A stretch of DNA of 64,000 nucleotides. Source: Acidimicrobiaceae bacterium. GTDB lineage: Bacteria; Actinomycetota; Acidimicrobiia; Acidimicrobiales; Aldehydirespiratoraceae. The DNA lies in the NCBI GenBank assembly GCA_009844405.1, contig VYBO01000003.1, positions 11,214 through 75,213 of the forward strand. Reading direction: 5' to 3'. Below the pieces are notes generated by a model, which was not told where the DNA came from, did no database searches, and was given only the letters and a program-made list of their open reading frames with translations. Positions within the stretch are counted from its first letter, which is position 1; every line of letters begins with the position of its first letter. This document shows positions 9,935-18,313 of the stretch, in pieces. Both the position numbers and the translations under genes were made by a program.

Positions 9935-9982
9935 GAATTGGCAGCAGAACGCGCCCCATAGGGGGCAAGACGCTGCCAATTC
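9935..9982. repeat. hairpin repeat, copy 3: GAATTGGCAGC-...GCCCC-ATA-GGGGC...-GCTGCCAATTC
   Basis: Same 11-bp outer arms as copies 1 and 2, with a different but still self-complementary inner stem. Confidence 0.85.
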
Positions 9983-10019
9983 CCGCCGGCAGGCCCGCCC
10001 GAGGGCGTACGCACCCGCC

Positions 10020-10652
10020 ATGGGCGAACTGACCTACACCAACATCAGGGCCGAGTGGGCGGAGGCGCTCCAGCACATCGAGCACACCGCGTTCCCGACC
10101 GCGGACACCGAAGACCTCTACTGGGCCGACGAACTGCGGGCCCTGGCCGAAGAGTTCCCCGAGGGCGGCGTGGTGGTGCTCGACGGCGACACGCCGGTGG
10201 CCATGGGGCTGGGCATCCGCGTCCACTTCGACTTCAGCCACACGCAGCACTCGATCCGCGACCTGGTGGGGGTCGACGGCGGCACCGGCCACGCCCCCGA
10301 CGGGCCCTGGTACTACGGCACCAGCATCGCGGTGCTGCCCGACTACCGCCGCCGGGGCATCGGCAAGCGTCTCTACGACATGCGCAAGCAGATCTGCCGG
10401 GATCTGGACCTGGCCGGCATCGTGGCCGGCGGGGTCATCCCCGGCTACGCCGACCACAAGGACGAGATGTCGGCCGCCGACTACGTGGCCAAGGTCTCGG
10501 CCGGCGAGCTGTACGACGCCACCCTCACCATGCAGATCGCCAACGGCTTCGAGGCCCGGGGCGTGATCGCCGACTACATCACCGACCCGGCAGTGGACAG
10601 CTGGGCGTCACTGATCGTCTGGAACAACCCCGACCACAACCCGGGCGCCTGA
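10020..10652 (+). CDS. GNAT family N-acetyltransferase
   Basis: 210 aa with the acetyl-CoA motif YRRRGIGKRLY. Confidence 0.75.
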   Translation: MGELTYTNIRAEWAEALQHIEHTAFPTADTEDLYWADELRALAEEFPEGGVVVLDGDTPVAMGLGIRVHFDFSHTQHSIRDLVGVDGGTGHAPDGPWYYGTSIAVLPDYRRRGIGKRLYDMRKQICRDLDLAGIVAGGVIPGYADHKDEMSAADYVAKVSAGELYDATLTMQIANGFEARGVIADYITDPAVDSWASLIVWNNPDHNPGA

Positions 10653-10761
10653 GTTCCGCAGGGATGTCACACCGCCGCGACATGGTGCGGTGCAGCAAGC
10701 AGGAGCGGTTGGAGGTGTCTGTGGTAGGAATTGCCGCTCCCGACGCCGAGGAGGCGGCAGA

Positions 10762-13203
10762 ATGTGGATGGCGAGGCCAGCCGGCGCGGCTCGGCGGCTC
10801 GGACGGCGACGGCTGGTGTCCGTGGTGGCGACCGCGGCCGTGGCATTCGGGCCGCTTGCCGGGCTGGCATCGACGCCCGCCGGCGCGCAACCGGGCGAGT
10901 TCGGCGACGTGGACGACGACGCCTACTACGCCGAGGCGGTGGCCTCCCTGGCGTCCCGAGGAGTGTTCGCCGGCACCGAGTGCGACGACGGGTTCTGCCC
11001 CGCCGCCCCTGTCGACCGCAAGACGATGGCGGTGTGGATCGTCAGGGTGCTCGACGGCGAGGACCCCGAGCCACGGGCCGGGAGCAGCTTCGATGACGTG
11101 GACGCGGCCGGCTTCCACGCCCCGTTCGTCGAGCGCATGGCCGACCTGGGGATCACCCGGGGCTGCCGGGACGGCGGCGGGTTCTGCCCCGACCGCAGCA
11201 CCACCCGGGCCCAGATGGCCGCCTTCCTGGCGCGGGCCTACCATTTCGCCGACGGACCTGACCCGGACTTCGACGACATAGCGGCCGGTGCTTGGTACGC
11301 CGCCGACGTGGCCCGGCTGGCGGCCTCCGGGATTACGCAGGGATGCGGCGACGGCGCAGGGTTCTGCCCCGACCGCAGCACCACCCGGGCCCAGATGGCC
11401 GCCTTCCTGCACCGGGCCGAGACCCGGCGCTACGACCGCGAGGAGCGGACCGCCTTCTCGATCGAGGAGAGGCCCGGCAACGGCCCGCTGATCTCGGCCT
11501 CGCGCGGCAGCACGTGCGCGGTCCGCCTCGACGGAGGGGTTACCTGCTGGGGCAGCGGCCGTCTGCGGGACCGGTACGCGCTCGCTGGCCTGCAGAACGT
11601 GGTGGCGGTCAGCACGGGCAACCCCGATCAAGGAGCGCACACCTGCGCGCTGCACAGCGATGGGACCATCTCCTGCTGGGGCGATGCGTCCAACGGGGAA
11701 CTCGGTCAAGGCGACACGGACACTCACTACCTGCCCGTGAGGGTTCCCGGGATCACCGACGCCGCCGCGGTGAGCGCGGGGCCCAACCACACCTGCGCCG
11801 CGCACCGCGACGGCGGCGTGTCCTGCTGGGGAGCCAACACTGTCGGCCGGGCGGACGACGGCCCTCGAATGGCCGGCCACTCGCCGCGCCGAGTTCCAGG
11901 ACTGTCGGAGGTGGTCGCGCTGGCGTCCGGAACGGACAACACTTGCGCGGTCCACCGAGACGGTTCCGTCTCCTGCTGGGGCTCGCCATACACCCACGCC
12001 GACCCCGCCCCCAAGAGGATCAGCACCCGATCCATGATCTCGGTGGGAGCCGGTTGGGGTCGAGTCTGCGCCGCGACCGTCGCGGGAAGCGTCTATTGCT
12101 GGAGGCCCAGTTCGGGGAATCCTCGGCTGAACCACATCACGGAGCTGACCGAGGTGGTGGAGGTGTCGGTCGGGAACGAGACCCTCTGTGCTCTGCACCG
12201 CGACGGCGGGATCTCCTGCCTGGGGGTGAACGACGTGGGCCAGGTCGGTGACGGCACGACGACCCGCCGGTCCAAGCCCGTGCGGCTCGATGGCGTCTCC
12301 GACGCGGTGGCTGTGAGTGTCGGCGTGGGGCGACTGCTGGACTCGGATCCGGTGGGCCCGCACGCTTGCCTGCTGCACGCGGACGGCTCTGCGTCGTGCT
12401 GGGGCGCCAACGAGGTTGGGCAACTCGGCGACGGCACGACGGCCAAAAGCCTGGTCCCCACACGGGTGAGGCAACCCCTCCCGATCCCGGCAGACCAGAC
12501 CCCGGCCACAGCCACGGACCTCCTGCGGGCATGGATCGAGGCGCTCGTGCAAGAGCGGGAGGCGGAGTACCCGTGGATGCGAGTCGCCTGGGACCACATC
12601 CGTGACAGCACCGAGGCCGGGCGGCTCGGCGGCGGCAACGTACTCACGTCCTGCCACACAACGGCTGGAGAGTTCGGCTGCCGCGCAGAGGACATGCTCA
12701 TCACCCGCATGTCGGAAGGCATCGCCGTTCACGAGCTCCTTCACGTCTATGACCTGCACACCGGCTTGGCGCCGCGCGCCGCGTGGGGCGCGGTGCAGCT
12801 CTACTTCGCCACCACCTACCCGGACTGCTTTGCCGACAACGGCTATCACGGCGCGGAGATCCTGGCGGACACGGTGACCCGCATAATGGTGCCCAGCGAA
12901 TTCCTGGCCTACTACAACCTGCCCGGCTGCCCCACCTTGCCCGGAGGCGGCGAGCCCACTGCGGAAGCCGAACGAGTAGCGTCGCAGGGATTGGCCGGCA
13001 AGGTGCCGGACTGGTACCGCGAGAACATCACCAACGGCGCCGAACTGTGGGAGGCCTGGCGCCGTGGCCCGTCGCTGCCGGCTCTGGCCAATCTGTCCGA
13101 CGAGTTCGGCGGGCTGTGCAGCACCGACTGGATCACCCCTCTCCTCGACTCGGACCGCTTCCACGAGGCAGGCAGCAACCCCTTCAGGGACGGCGGCTGC
13201 TAG
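10762..13203 (+). CDS. secreted SLH-repeat / RCC1 beta-propeller protein with a C-terminal HExxH domain
   Basis: ATG 10762 is preceded by GAGGAGG. Signal-like N-terminus RRLVSVVATAAVAFGPLAGLAS. Three SLH-like repeats (FxDV...GITxGC.DG.GFCPDRSTTRAQMAAFL). Seven RCC1-like blades (C[AL]xHxDGxxSCWGxNxxGQLGDG). HELLH at ITRMSEGIAVHELLHVYD. Confidence 0.8.
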   Translation: MWMARPAGAARRLGRRRLVSVVATAAVAFGPLAGLASTPAGAQPGEFGDVDDDAYYAEAVASLASRGVFAGTECDDGFCPAAPVDRKTMAVWIVRVLDGEDPEPRAGSSFDDVDAAGFHAPFVERMADLGITRGCRDGGGFCPDRSTTRAQMAAFLARAYHFADGPDPDFDDIAAGAWYAADVARLAASGITQGCGDGAGFCPDRSTTRAQMAAFLHRAETRRYDREERTAFSIEERPGNGPLISASRGSTCAVRLDGGVTCWGSGRLRDRYALAGLQNVVAVSTGNPDQGAHTCALHSDGTISCWGDASNGELGQGDTDTHYLPVRVPGITDAAAVSAGPNHTCAAHRDGGVSCWGANTVGRADDGPRMAGHSPRRVPGLSEVVALASGTDNTCAVHRDGSVSCWGSPYTHADPAPKRISTRSMISVGAGWGRVCAATVAGSVYCWRPSSGNPRLNHITELTEVVEVSVGNETLCALHRDGGISCLGVNDVGQVGDGTTTRRSKPVRLDGVSDAVAVSVGVGRLLDSDPVGPHACLLHADGSASCWGANEVGQLGDGTTAKSLVPTRVRQPLPIPADQTPATATDLLRAWIEALVQEREAEYPWMRVAWDHIRDSTEAGRLGGGNVLTSCHTTAGEFGCRAEDMLITRMSEGIAVHELLHVYDLHTGLAPRAAWGAVQLYFATTYPDCFADNGYHGAEILADTVTRIMVPSEFLAYYNLPGCPTLPGGGEPTAEAERVASQGLAGKVPDWYRENITNGAELWEAWRRGPSLPALANLSDEFGGLCSTDWITPLLDSDRFHEAGSNPFRDGGC

Positions 13204-13258
13204 AACCGCGCCCCGAACCGGCGCGCGTGCCCCCGACATCTGTCTCAGCCCCATCCGC

Positions 13259-14422
13259 TCAGTCGGCCCACCGGCCCGCGGCTCGGGACTCCAGTTCTGC
13301 GATCAGGTCGGGGGCGTGCTGGCCCAAGGCTGGGACGGTGGCGTCCAGGTCGCCGGCGTCGCTGAGGTTGAAGGGGGGCTTGTAGACCTCGGTCGAGCCG
13401 GTGGGGGTGGTCACCCGCATGAAACGGTCGCGGGCCCTGAGCTGATCGTGCCGCCACAGCGACATCGGGTCCCGCACGAAGCTGTGGGCCACCCGGCCGG
13501 CTCGCAGGCGCCGCATCAACTCCTGAGGTCTGACCGATGTGAACACCGACGTGATCAGGGCCTCCAGATCGTCGATGTTGGCGATGCGGTCAGAGTTGTC
13601 GGCGAACCGGGGATCGTCGGACAGCGCCGGATCGCACAGGACGTGCTCGGCGAAGTCGGCCCAGTCCCGGTTGCTCTGCACGCCGATCATCACCAGCTCG
13701 CCGTCGCTCATCGGATACATGCCGTAGGGGGCGATGATGGTGTGGCGGTGGCCGGCCCTCGGCGGCACCGAGCCGCTTCCCACGGCCGCGTAGGTCGGCG
13801 CGGCCGTCCACTCGGCGATGCTCTCCAGCATCGACACCTCGATAGAGGCGCCCTCGCCGGTGGTCTGCCGGCGGTACAGCGCGGCCAGGATCGACGAGAA
13901 GGCGTACATGGCCGCGGCGACGTCGGCGATCGAGAAGCCGACCTTGCACGCCTGCCCCGGCGTGCCGGTCAGCGCCACCGCGCCCCCCTCGGCCTGGACG
14001 GCCAAGTCGTAGGCCTTGTCGTCGGTGCGGGGGCCGCCCATGCCGTAGCCGGAGACGTCGCAGGCGATCAGGCCGGGCCGGTCCGCCCGCAACTGGTCGG
14101 CGAGGATCCCGGCCCGGCGGGCCGCGGCCGGCGACAGGTTCTGCACGAAGACGTCGGCGCCGGCCACCAGCCGATCGAAGCGGGCACGGTCGCCGGGGTC
14201 CTTCAGGTCCAGCTCGATGCTCTGCTTGCCGCGGTTGGCCCAGACGAAGAACGCCGAGGTGCCGCCCATGGCCGAGTCGTAGTGGCGGGCGAAGTCGCCC
14301 TCACCGGGTCGTTCCACCTTGAGGACGCGGGCGCCCAGGTCGGCCAGCTGGCGGGTGGCGAACGGGGCGGCGACGGCCGCCTCCAATGCGACCACGATCA
14401 CGCCCTCCAACGGCGCGCTCAT
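13259..14422 (-). CDS. family III CoA-transferase (CaiB/BaiF)
   Basis: 387 aa. N-terminus GVIVVALEAAVAAPFATRQLADLGARVLKVERPGEGD is typical of the family. Confidence 0.9.
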   Translation of the reverse strand: MSAPLEGVIVVALEAAVAAPFATRQLADLGARVLKVERPGEGDFARHYDSAMGGTSAFFVWANRGKQSIELDLKDPGDRARFDRLVAGADVFVQNLSPAAARRAGILADQLRADRPGLIACDVSGYGMGGPRTDDKAYDLAVQAEGGAVALTGTPGQACKVGFSIADVAAAMYAFSSILAALYRRQTTGEGASIEVSMLESIAEWTAAPTYAAVGSGSVPPRAGHRHTIIAPYGMYPMSDGELVMIGVQSNRDWADFAEHVLCDPALSDDPRFADNSDRIANIDDLEALITSVFTSVRPQELMRRLRAGRVAHSFVRDPMSLWRHDQLRARDRFMRVTTPTGSTEVYKPPFNLSDAGDLDATVPALGQHAPDLIAELESRAAGRWAD

Positions 14423-14474
14423 CGCGTCTGCGCCCCTGCGCCCTCCACGGGCGCCCTCATGCGGGCGCGCTCAT
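14411..14474. repeat. duplicated stop/start junction (ATGA x3) between the acyl-CoA dehydrogenase and the CoA-transferase
   Basis: On the minus strand, ATGAGCGCGCC occurs at 14474..14464 (overlapping the ACAD stop) and at 14422..14412 (the true CoA-transferase start). A 22-nt copy, ATGAGGGCGCCCGTGGAGGGCG (19/22 to the true start region), lies at 14460..14439. Confidence 0.85.
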
Positions 14475-15682
14475 GTGGAGGCGTCCCTGGGCAGGTAGCC
14501 GCCGCGGGTCTGGGGCAGCTTCATGTCCAGGATCCGCGACGCCACCACCGTGCGCAGGATCTGGGCCGTGCCACCGCCGATGGTGAACATGCGCACGTCG
14601 CGGTACATGCGCTCCAGAGGGTTGTTCCGGCTGTATCCGGCCGCGCCGTGGGCCTGGAGCGCGTCGCTCACCACGGCGATGGCCGCCTCGGAGGTGAAGA
14701 TCTTGGCCTGGGCGGCGAGGGCGGGATCGGGGAACGGGCTGCCGCCGGGGCCCTGGGAGGCCGCCGCCCGGTAGGTGAGGCTGCGGGCGGCCTCCAGCTT
14801 CACCGACATGTCGGCCAGCATCCATTGCAGACCCTGGAACTCGGCGATGGGGCGCCCGAACTGGTCGCGCTCCTTCACGAACTCCAGCGCCAGCTCGTAG
14901 GCGCCCGAAGCCAGGCCGAGCGCCACCGTGCCGGCGCCCACCCGCTGGGTGTTGTAGGCGTTCATCAGGTCGGCGAAGCCCCGTCTCAGCCCCGACGGCG
15001 GCTGCACCGCCATGTCCGGGCCGACCTGCATGTTGCGGAAGCTGACCACCGTCTCGGGGATGCCTCTCAGTCCCATGGCCGGCTCGCGGGGCCCGATCTC
15101 CAGCCCCGGCGTCTCGTCCCCGAAGGCCAGGAACGCACCGACGCCCTCCTCGTCGCCGTTCTCATCGAAGACCCGGGCGAACACGAGGTGCGTCCTCGAG
15201 ACGCCGCCGCCGGTGATCCAGTGCTTGGTGCCGTTGAGCACGTAGCCGTCGCCGCTCCGGTCGGCCCGGGTGGTCATCTCCGACGCCGCGCTCCCGGCCC
15301 CGGGCTCGGTGATGCAGATGGCCGGCTTGTCCCCCGCCAGCACCAGCTCCGCGACCCTGGCCCGCTGGGCGTCGGTGCCGTAGGTCATGACCGCCGAGAG
15401 CGCCCCCATGTTGCATTCCACCGCGATGCGGCCCGTGACGCCGCACACCTTGGCCATCTCCTCCACCACGAGCACGGCGTCGAGCAGCGGCCGGCCGGGA
15501 CCGCCGAGCACGGCGGGCACGGTCATGCCGGTGAAGCCGGCCTGCTGGAGGGCGGCGACGTTGTCCCAGGGATACTGCTCGCTGCGGTCCACCTCGGCCG
15601 CACGGGGCGCGATCACCTCGCGGGCCAAGGCCCGGGCCTCCGCCTGAAGGGCCCGCTGCTCGTCCGTCAGTTCCCAGCTCAT
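14471..15682 (-). CDS. acyl-CoA dehydrogenase
   Basis: 403 aa with the usual ACAD N/M/C domain layout (ITEPGAGSAASEM..., YRNNPLERMYRDVRMFTIGGGTAQI). Confidence 0.9.
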   Translation of the reverse strand: MSWELTDEQRALQAEARALAREVIAPRAAEVDRSEQYPWDNVAALQQAGFTGMTVPAVLGGPGRPLLDAVLVVEEMAKVCGVTGRIAVECNMGALSAVMTYGTDAQRARVAELVLAGDKPAICITEPGAGSAASEMTTRADRSGDGYVLNGTKHWITGGGVSRTHLVFARVFDENGDEEGVGAFLAFGDETPGLEIGPREPAMGLRGIPETVVSFRNMQVGPDMAVQPPSGLRRGFADLMNAYNTQRVGAGTVALGLASGAYELALEFVKERDQFGRPIAEFQGLQWMLADMSVKLEAARSLTYRAAASQGPGGSPFPDPALAAQAKIFTSEAAIAVVSDALQAHGAAGYSRNNPLERMYRDVRMFTIGGGTAQILRTVVASRILDMKLPQTRGGYLPRDAST

Positions 15683-16890
15683 GCCGGCACTCCCGCGGCC
15701 TGTGCGGTCAGGGTGATCAGGTCGCGCTGGACGATGCTGCCGCCAATCCGGCGAGCGGAACGGCCAAGATCGTCAACGACTCCGACGAAGCGGTCGGTGT
15801 CGCCGGCGGCGTAGGCACGGAACGCGTGGGCCAGCGGTGCCACCACGTCCATGAACGTCCGGTCGTTCTCGCTGGTGTCGGCCGGGCGCCGGTCGAGGCC
15901 CCGGAACCAGCGTGCCGCACCGGGGTGAGCCGGCTTGCGGGAGAAGGCTAGCGCCGCATGCACGTCCAGGAAGCCGCAGGTGTGGCGCTCGACAACTTCG
16001 TCCCAACGGTCGGCCAGCGCGTCCCAACGGTCGCCCACCTCGCAGCCCACCAGTTCCAAACGCCACAGCAGCGACGTCTGGTCGCAGAGCTGGAAGGCGG
16101 TGGCGGCATGGGGCTGGCGCTCGTCGAAGACGGCCAGCGCGCCGCCGGAGTCGCCCGAGGCGATAAGGCGCAGGGCCAGGTGCCACCAGATGTGGGTGGC
16201 CAGGAGTTCCTGGCTGCCCCACCGCTCGACCGACCCCTCCAACAGCGCGAGCGCAGCAGAGGTGTCGTCGGTGGACTCGTACACGTGCGCCAGCGCGTGC
16301 CGTGCCCACAGGTCGTCGGGATCGAGGCCCAGAGCCGCCCGACCCAGCGCCTCGGCCTCGTCGTAGCGTCCGACCTCCTCCAGGGCGAAGGCGTGCTGGC
16401 CGGCCACGAAACCCCACCCTGGTTCGCCGCGCCATGCCTTCTCAGCGCCGGAGCTGGAGTCCAGACGGCCGAAGTCGTCGCCCACATGCAAGTAGACGTC
16501 GTGAGCGAAGCGCACCGCGGCGAAGTCCCGCCCGCTGCGGGCGATCTGATCCCACCGGCGGGCCGCCCCGGTGAACTCCCCCGCCAACAGCATCTCCAGT
16601 GCCGCTACGTGGGCCCGTTCACAATCGCCCGCCCAGGCCGCCCGCGCCTGAGCCCGACTGGCATCTGTGGACAAGGCCGAGGAGCCGGGCGGAGATCCGG
16701 CCAACACCCGGTAGACCGCGGCGAACACCGGCCCCATGACGAAGGAATCGTCGTTCCGGCCCGCCTCCGAGGCCACTGCCACCGGGTCGCCGCGACAGTG
16801 CAGGTACTGCTCCCAGGTCCGTCCCCACGCCGCGACGCTTGCGGGCGCGCCGTCCACGGGGCCTAGGTCGGGCAGGGCCGCTGCGCTCAC
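15679..16890 (-). CDS. TPR protein, TTC38-like
   Basis: Segments GRYDEAEALGRAALGLDPDDLWARHALAHVYE and THIWWHLALRLI match my recollection of the TTC38 family. Start set at GTG 16890, preceded by GGAGG. The stop overlaps the ACAD start (ATGA). Confidence 0.55.
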   Translation of the reverse strand: MSAAALPDLGPVDGAPASVAAWGRTWEQYLHCRGDPVAVASEAGRNDDSFVMGPVFAAVYRVLAGSPPGSSALSTDASRAQARAAWAGDCERAHVAALEMLLAGEFTGAARRWDQIARSGRDFAAVRFAHDVYLHVGDDFGRLDSSSGAEKAWRGEPGWGFVAGQHAFALEEVGRYDEAEALGRAALGLDPDDLWARHALAHVYESTDDTSAALALLEGSVERWGSQELLATHIWWHLALRLIASGDSGGALAVFDERQPHAATAFQLCDQTSLLWRLELVGCEVGDRWDALADRWDEVVERHTCGFLDVHAALAFSRKPAHPGAARWFRGLDRRPADTSENDRTFMDVVAPLAHAFRAYAAGDTDRFVGVVDDLGRSARRIGGSIVQRDLITLTAQAAGVPA

Positions 16891-17050
16891 GCGACCCCGA
16901 CCTCCGGGCACCCGGCTTCTGCGACGTGCTTCGAGTTGCTGTAGGCAGACTCGCCCGGCAACCCCGCCAGGGAGCCACGGGCAGCTGTGTATTCGATCGA
17001 GCACGGCCGGCCCGTTGCTGCTTGCGCGGGATCAGCCGGAGCGGGCACGC

Positions 17051-18313
17051 TCACCTGACCTCTACCTCCAAGTGCTCGATGCCGTTGACGAAGTTCGAGT
17101 CCACGTGGACGGGATCGCCGGCCAGGCGCAGGTCGATGCCCCGGGACAGGATCGCCTCGATGAGGATCGCCAGCTCGAGGCGGGCCAGCGGCGCGCCCAG
17201 GCAGAAGTGGGCGCCGCCCCCGCCGAAGGCGACGTTGGGAGGTCGCAGCGGCCTGGTGACGTCGAAGCGCAGGGGCTCGTCGAACACCTCCTCGTCGAAG
17301 TTGGCCGCCGCGTACCACATCACCACCTTGTCACCGGCGCGCAGCGGGGTGTCCTGCAGCACGGTGTCGCGGGTCAGGGTGCGGCGGAAGTACAGGATCG
17401 GCGACGAGTACCGGATCACCTCCTCGACGGCCTGGTCCAGCAGCGACGGATCGGAGCGCAGCCGCTCGAACTGGTCGGCGAACTCCACCAGGTGCAGGGC
17501 CAGATGCGCCATCGACGCCCGGGTGGTCTCGTTGCCGGCGAAGACCATCAGCCGGAAGAAGTTGGTGAACTCGGCGTCGGTGAGGCGCTCGCCGTCGACC
17601 TCGGCCTCGATGAGCTTGGTGATCAGGTCGTCGGCGGGCTCGGCCCGGCGCCGTTCGCCGAGGGCGCGGGCGTACTCGTTGATGCCGTGGGCGGCCGGGC
17701 TGTTGAACGGCAGCAGCCGCAGGTCGGTGGTGTTGCCGTAGGCGCCGGCCTCCAGCGGCTTGCTGGAGGTGCCGGCCACGAGATGGTCGGTCAGCTCGAT
17801 CATGTAGTCGTGGTCCGACTCGGGCACGCCCATGATGTCGCAGATCACCCCGATGGGGATGGGCGCGGCCACCGCCTCCACCCAGTTGCCGCCGCCGGCC
17901 TGCATCAGCGCGTCGAGGCGCTCGGCGATCCTGGCTCGCACCGCGGTCTCGTAGGACTGCACGTGGCGGGGTGTGAACGCCGAGCTGACGAGCCGCCGCA
18001 GGCGGGTGTGGACCGGAGGGTCGAGGTCGATCATCGACGCCCGGGCCGACAGGGCGTCCTCGTCGATGTCGTAGATCTGGATGTGCCCGACCGCGGAGGA
18101 GTAAAGGTCGGCGTCGCGGGAGACCTCCGACACCGGCGCATGGCGGGTGACCGACCAGAAGCCGGTGCGGTCGCCGCCGCTGGGCGGGGTCCAGCTCAGC
18201 GTCGGGCGGGCCCGCATCTCGGCGAAGGCCTCCTGCGGGATGCCCTGGGAGAAGGTGGCCGGATCCTGAAGATCCGCAGGCGCCAGCAGCCGCTCAGCCC
18301 GGGTTGTTGCCAT
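17051..18313 (-). CDS. cytochrome P450
   Basis: Heme loop FGGGGAHFCLGAPLARLE, I-helix-like FAGNETT and an ExxR segment. Start at ATG 18313, 1 nt overlapping the ALDH stop (TAATG). The track's upstream extension is discarded. Confidence 0.9.
   Translation of the reverse strand: MATTRAERLLAPADLQDPATFSQGIPQEAFAEMRARPTLSWTPPSGGDRTGFWSVTRHAPVSEVSRDADLYSSAVGHIQIYDIDEDALSARASMIDLDPPVHTRLRRLVSSAFTPRHVQSYETAVRARIAERLDALMQAGGGNWVEAVAAPIPIGVICDIMGVPESDHDYMIELTDHLVAGTSSKPLEAGAYGNTTDLRLLPFNSPAAHGINEYARALGERRRAEPADDLITKLIEAEVDGERLTDAEFTNFFRLMVFAGNETTRASMAHLALHLVEFADQFERLRSDPSLLDQAVEEVIRYSSPILYFRRTLTRDTVLQDTPLRAGDKVVMWYAAANFDEEVFDEPLRFDVTRPLRPPNVAFGGGGAHFCLGAPLARLELAILIEAILSRGIDLRLAGDPVHVDSNFVNGIEHLEVEVR

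Noticed and set aside
10579-13254. 891-aa minus-strand ORF antisense to the SLH/RCC1 gene
   Set aside because: Same shadow-ORF composition. The plus-strand frame has clear SLH and RCC1 repeats, a signal peptide and an RBS.
13064-15814. 916-aa plus-strand ORF across the CoA-transferase/ACAD region
   Set aside because: It is antisense to two genes with strong family motifs, and its sequence is low-complexity and Arg/Gly/His-rich.
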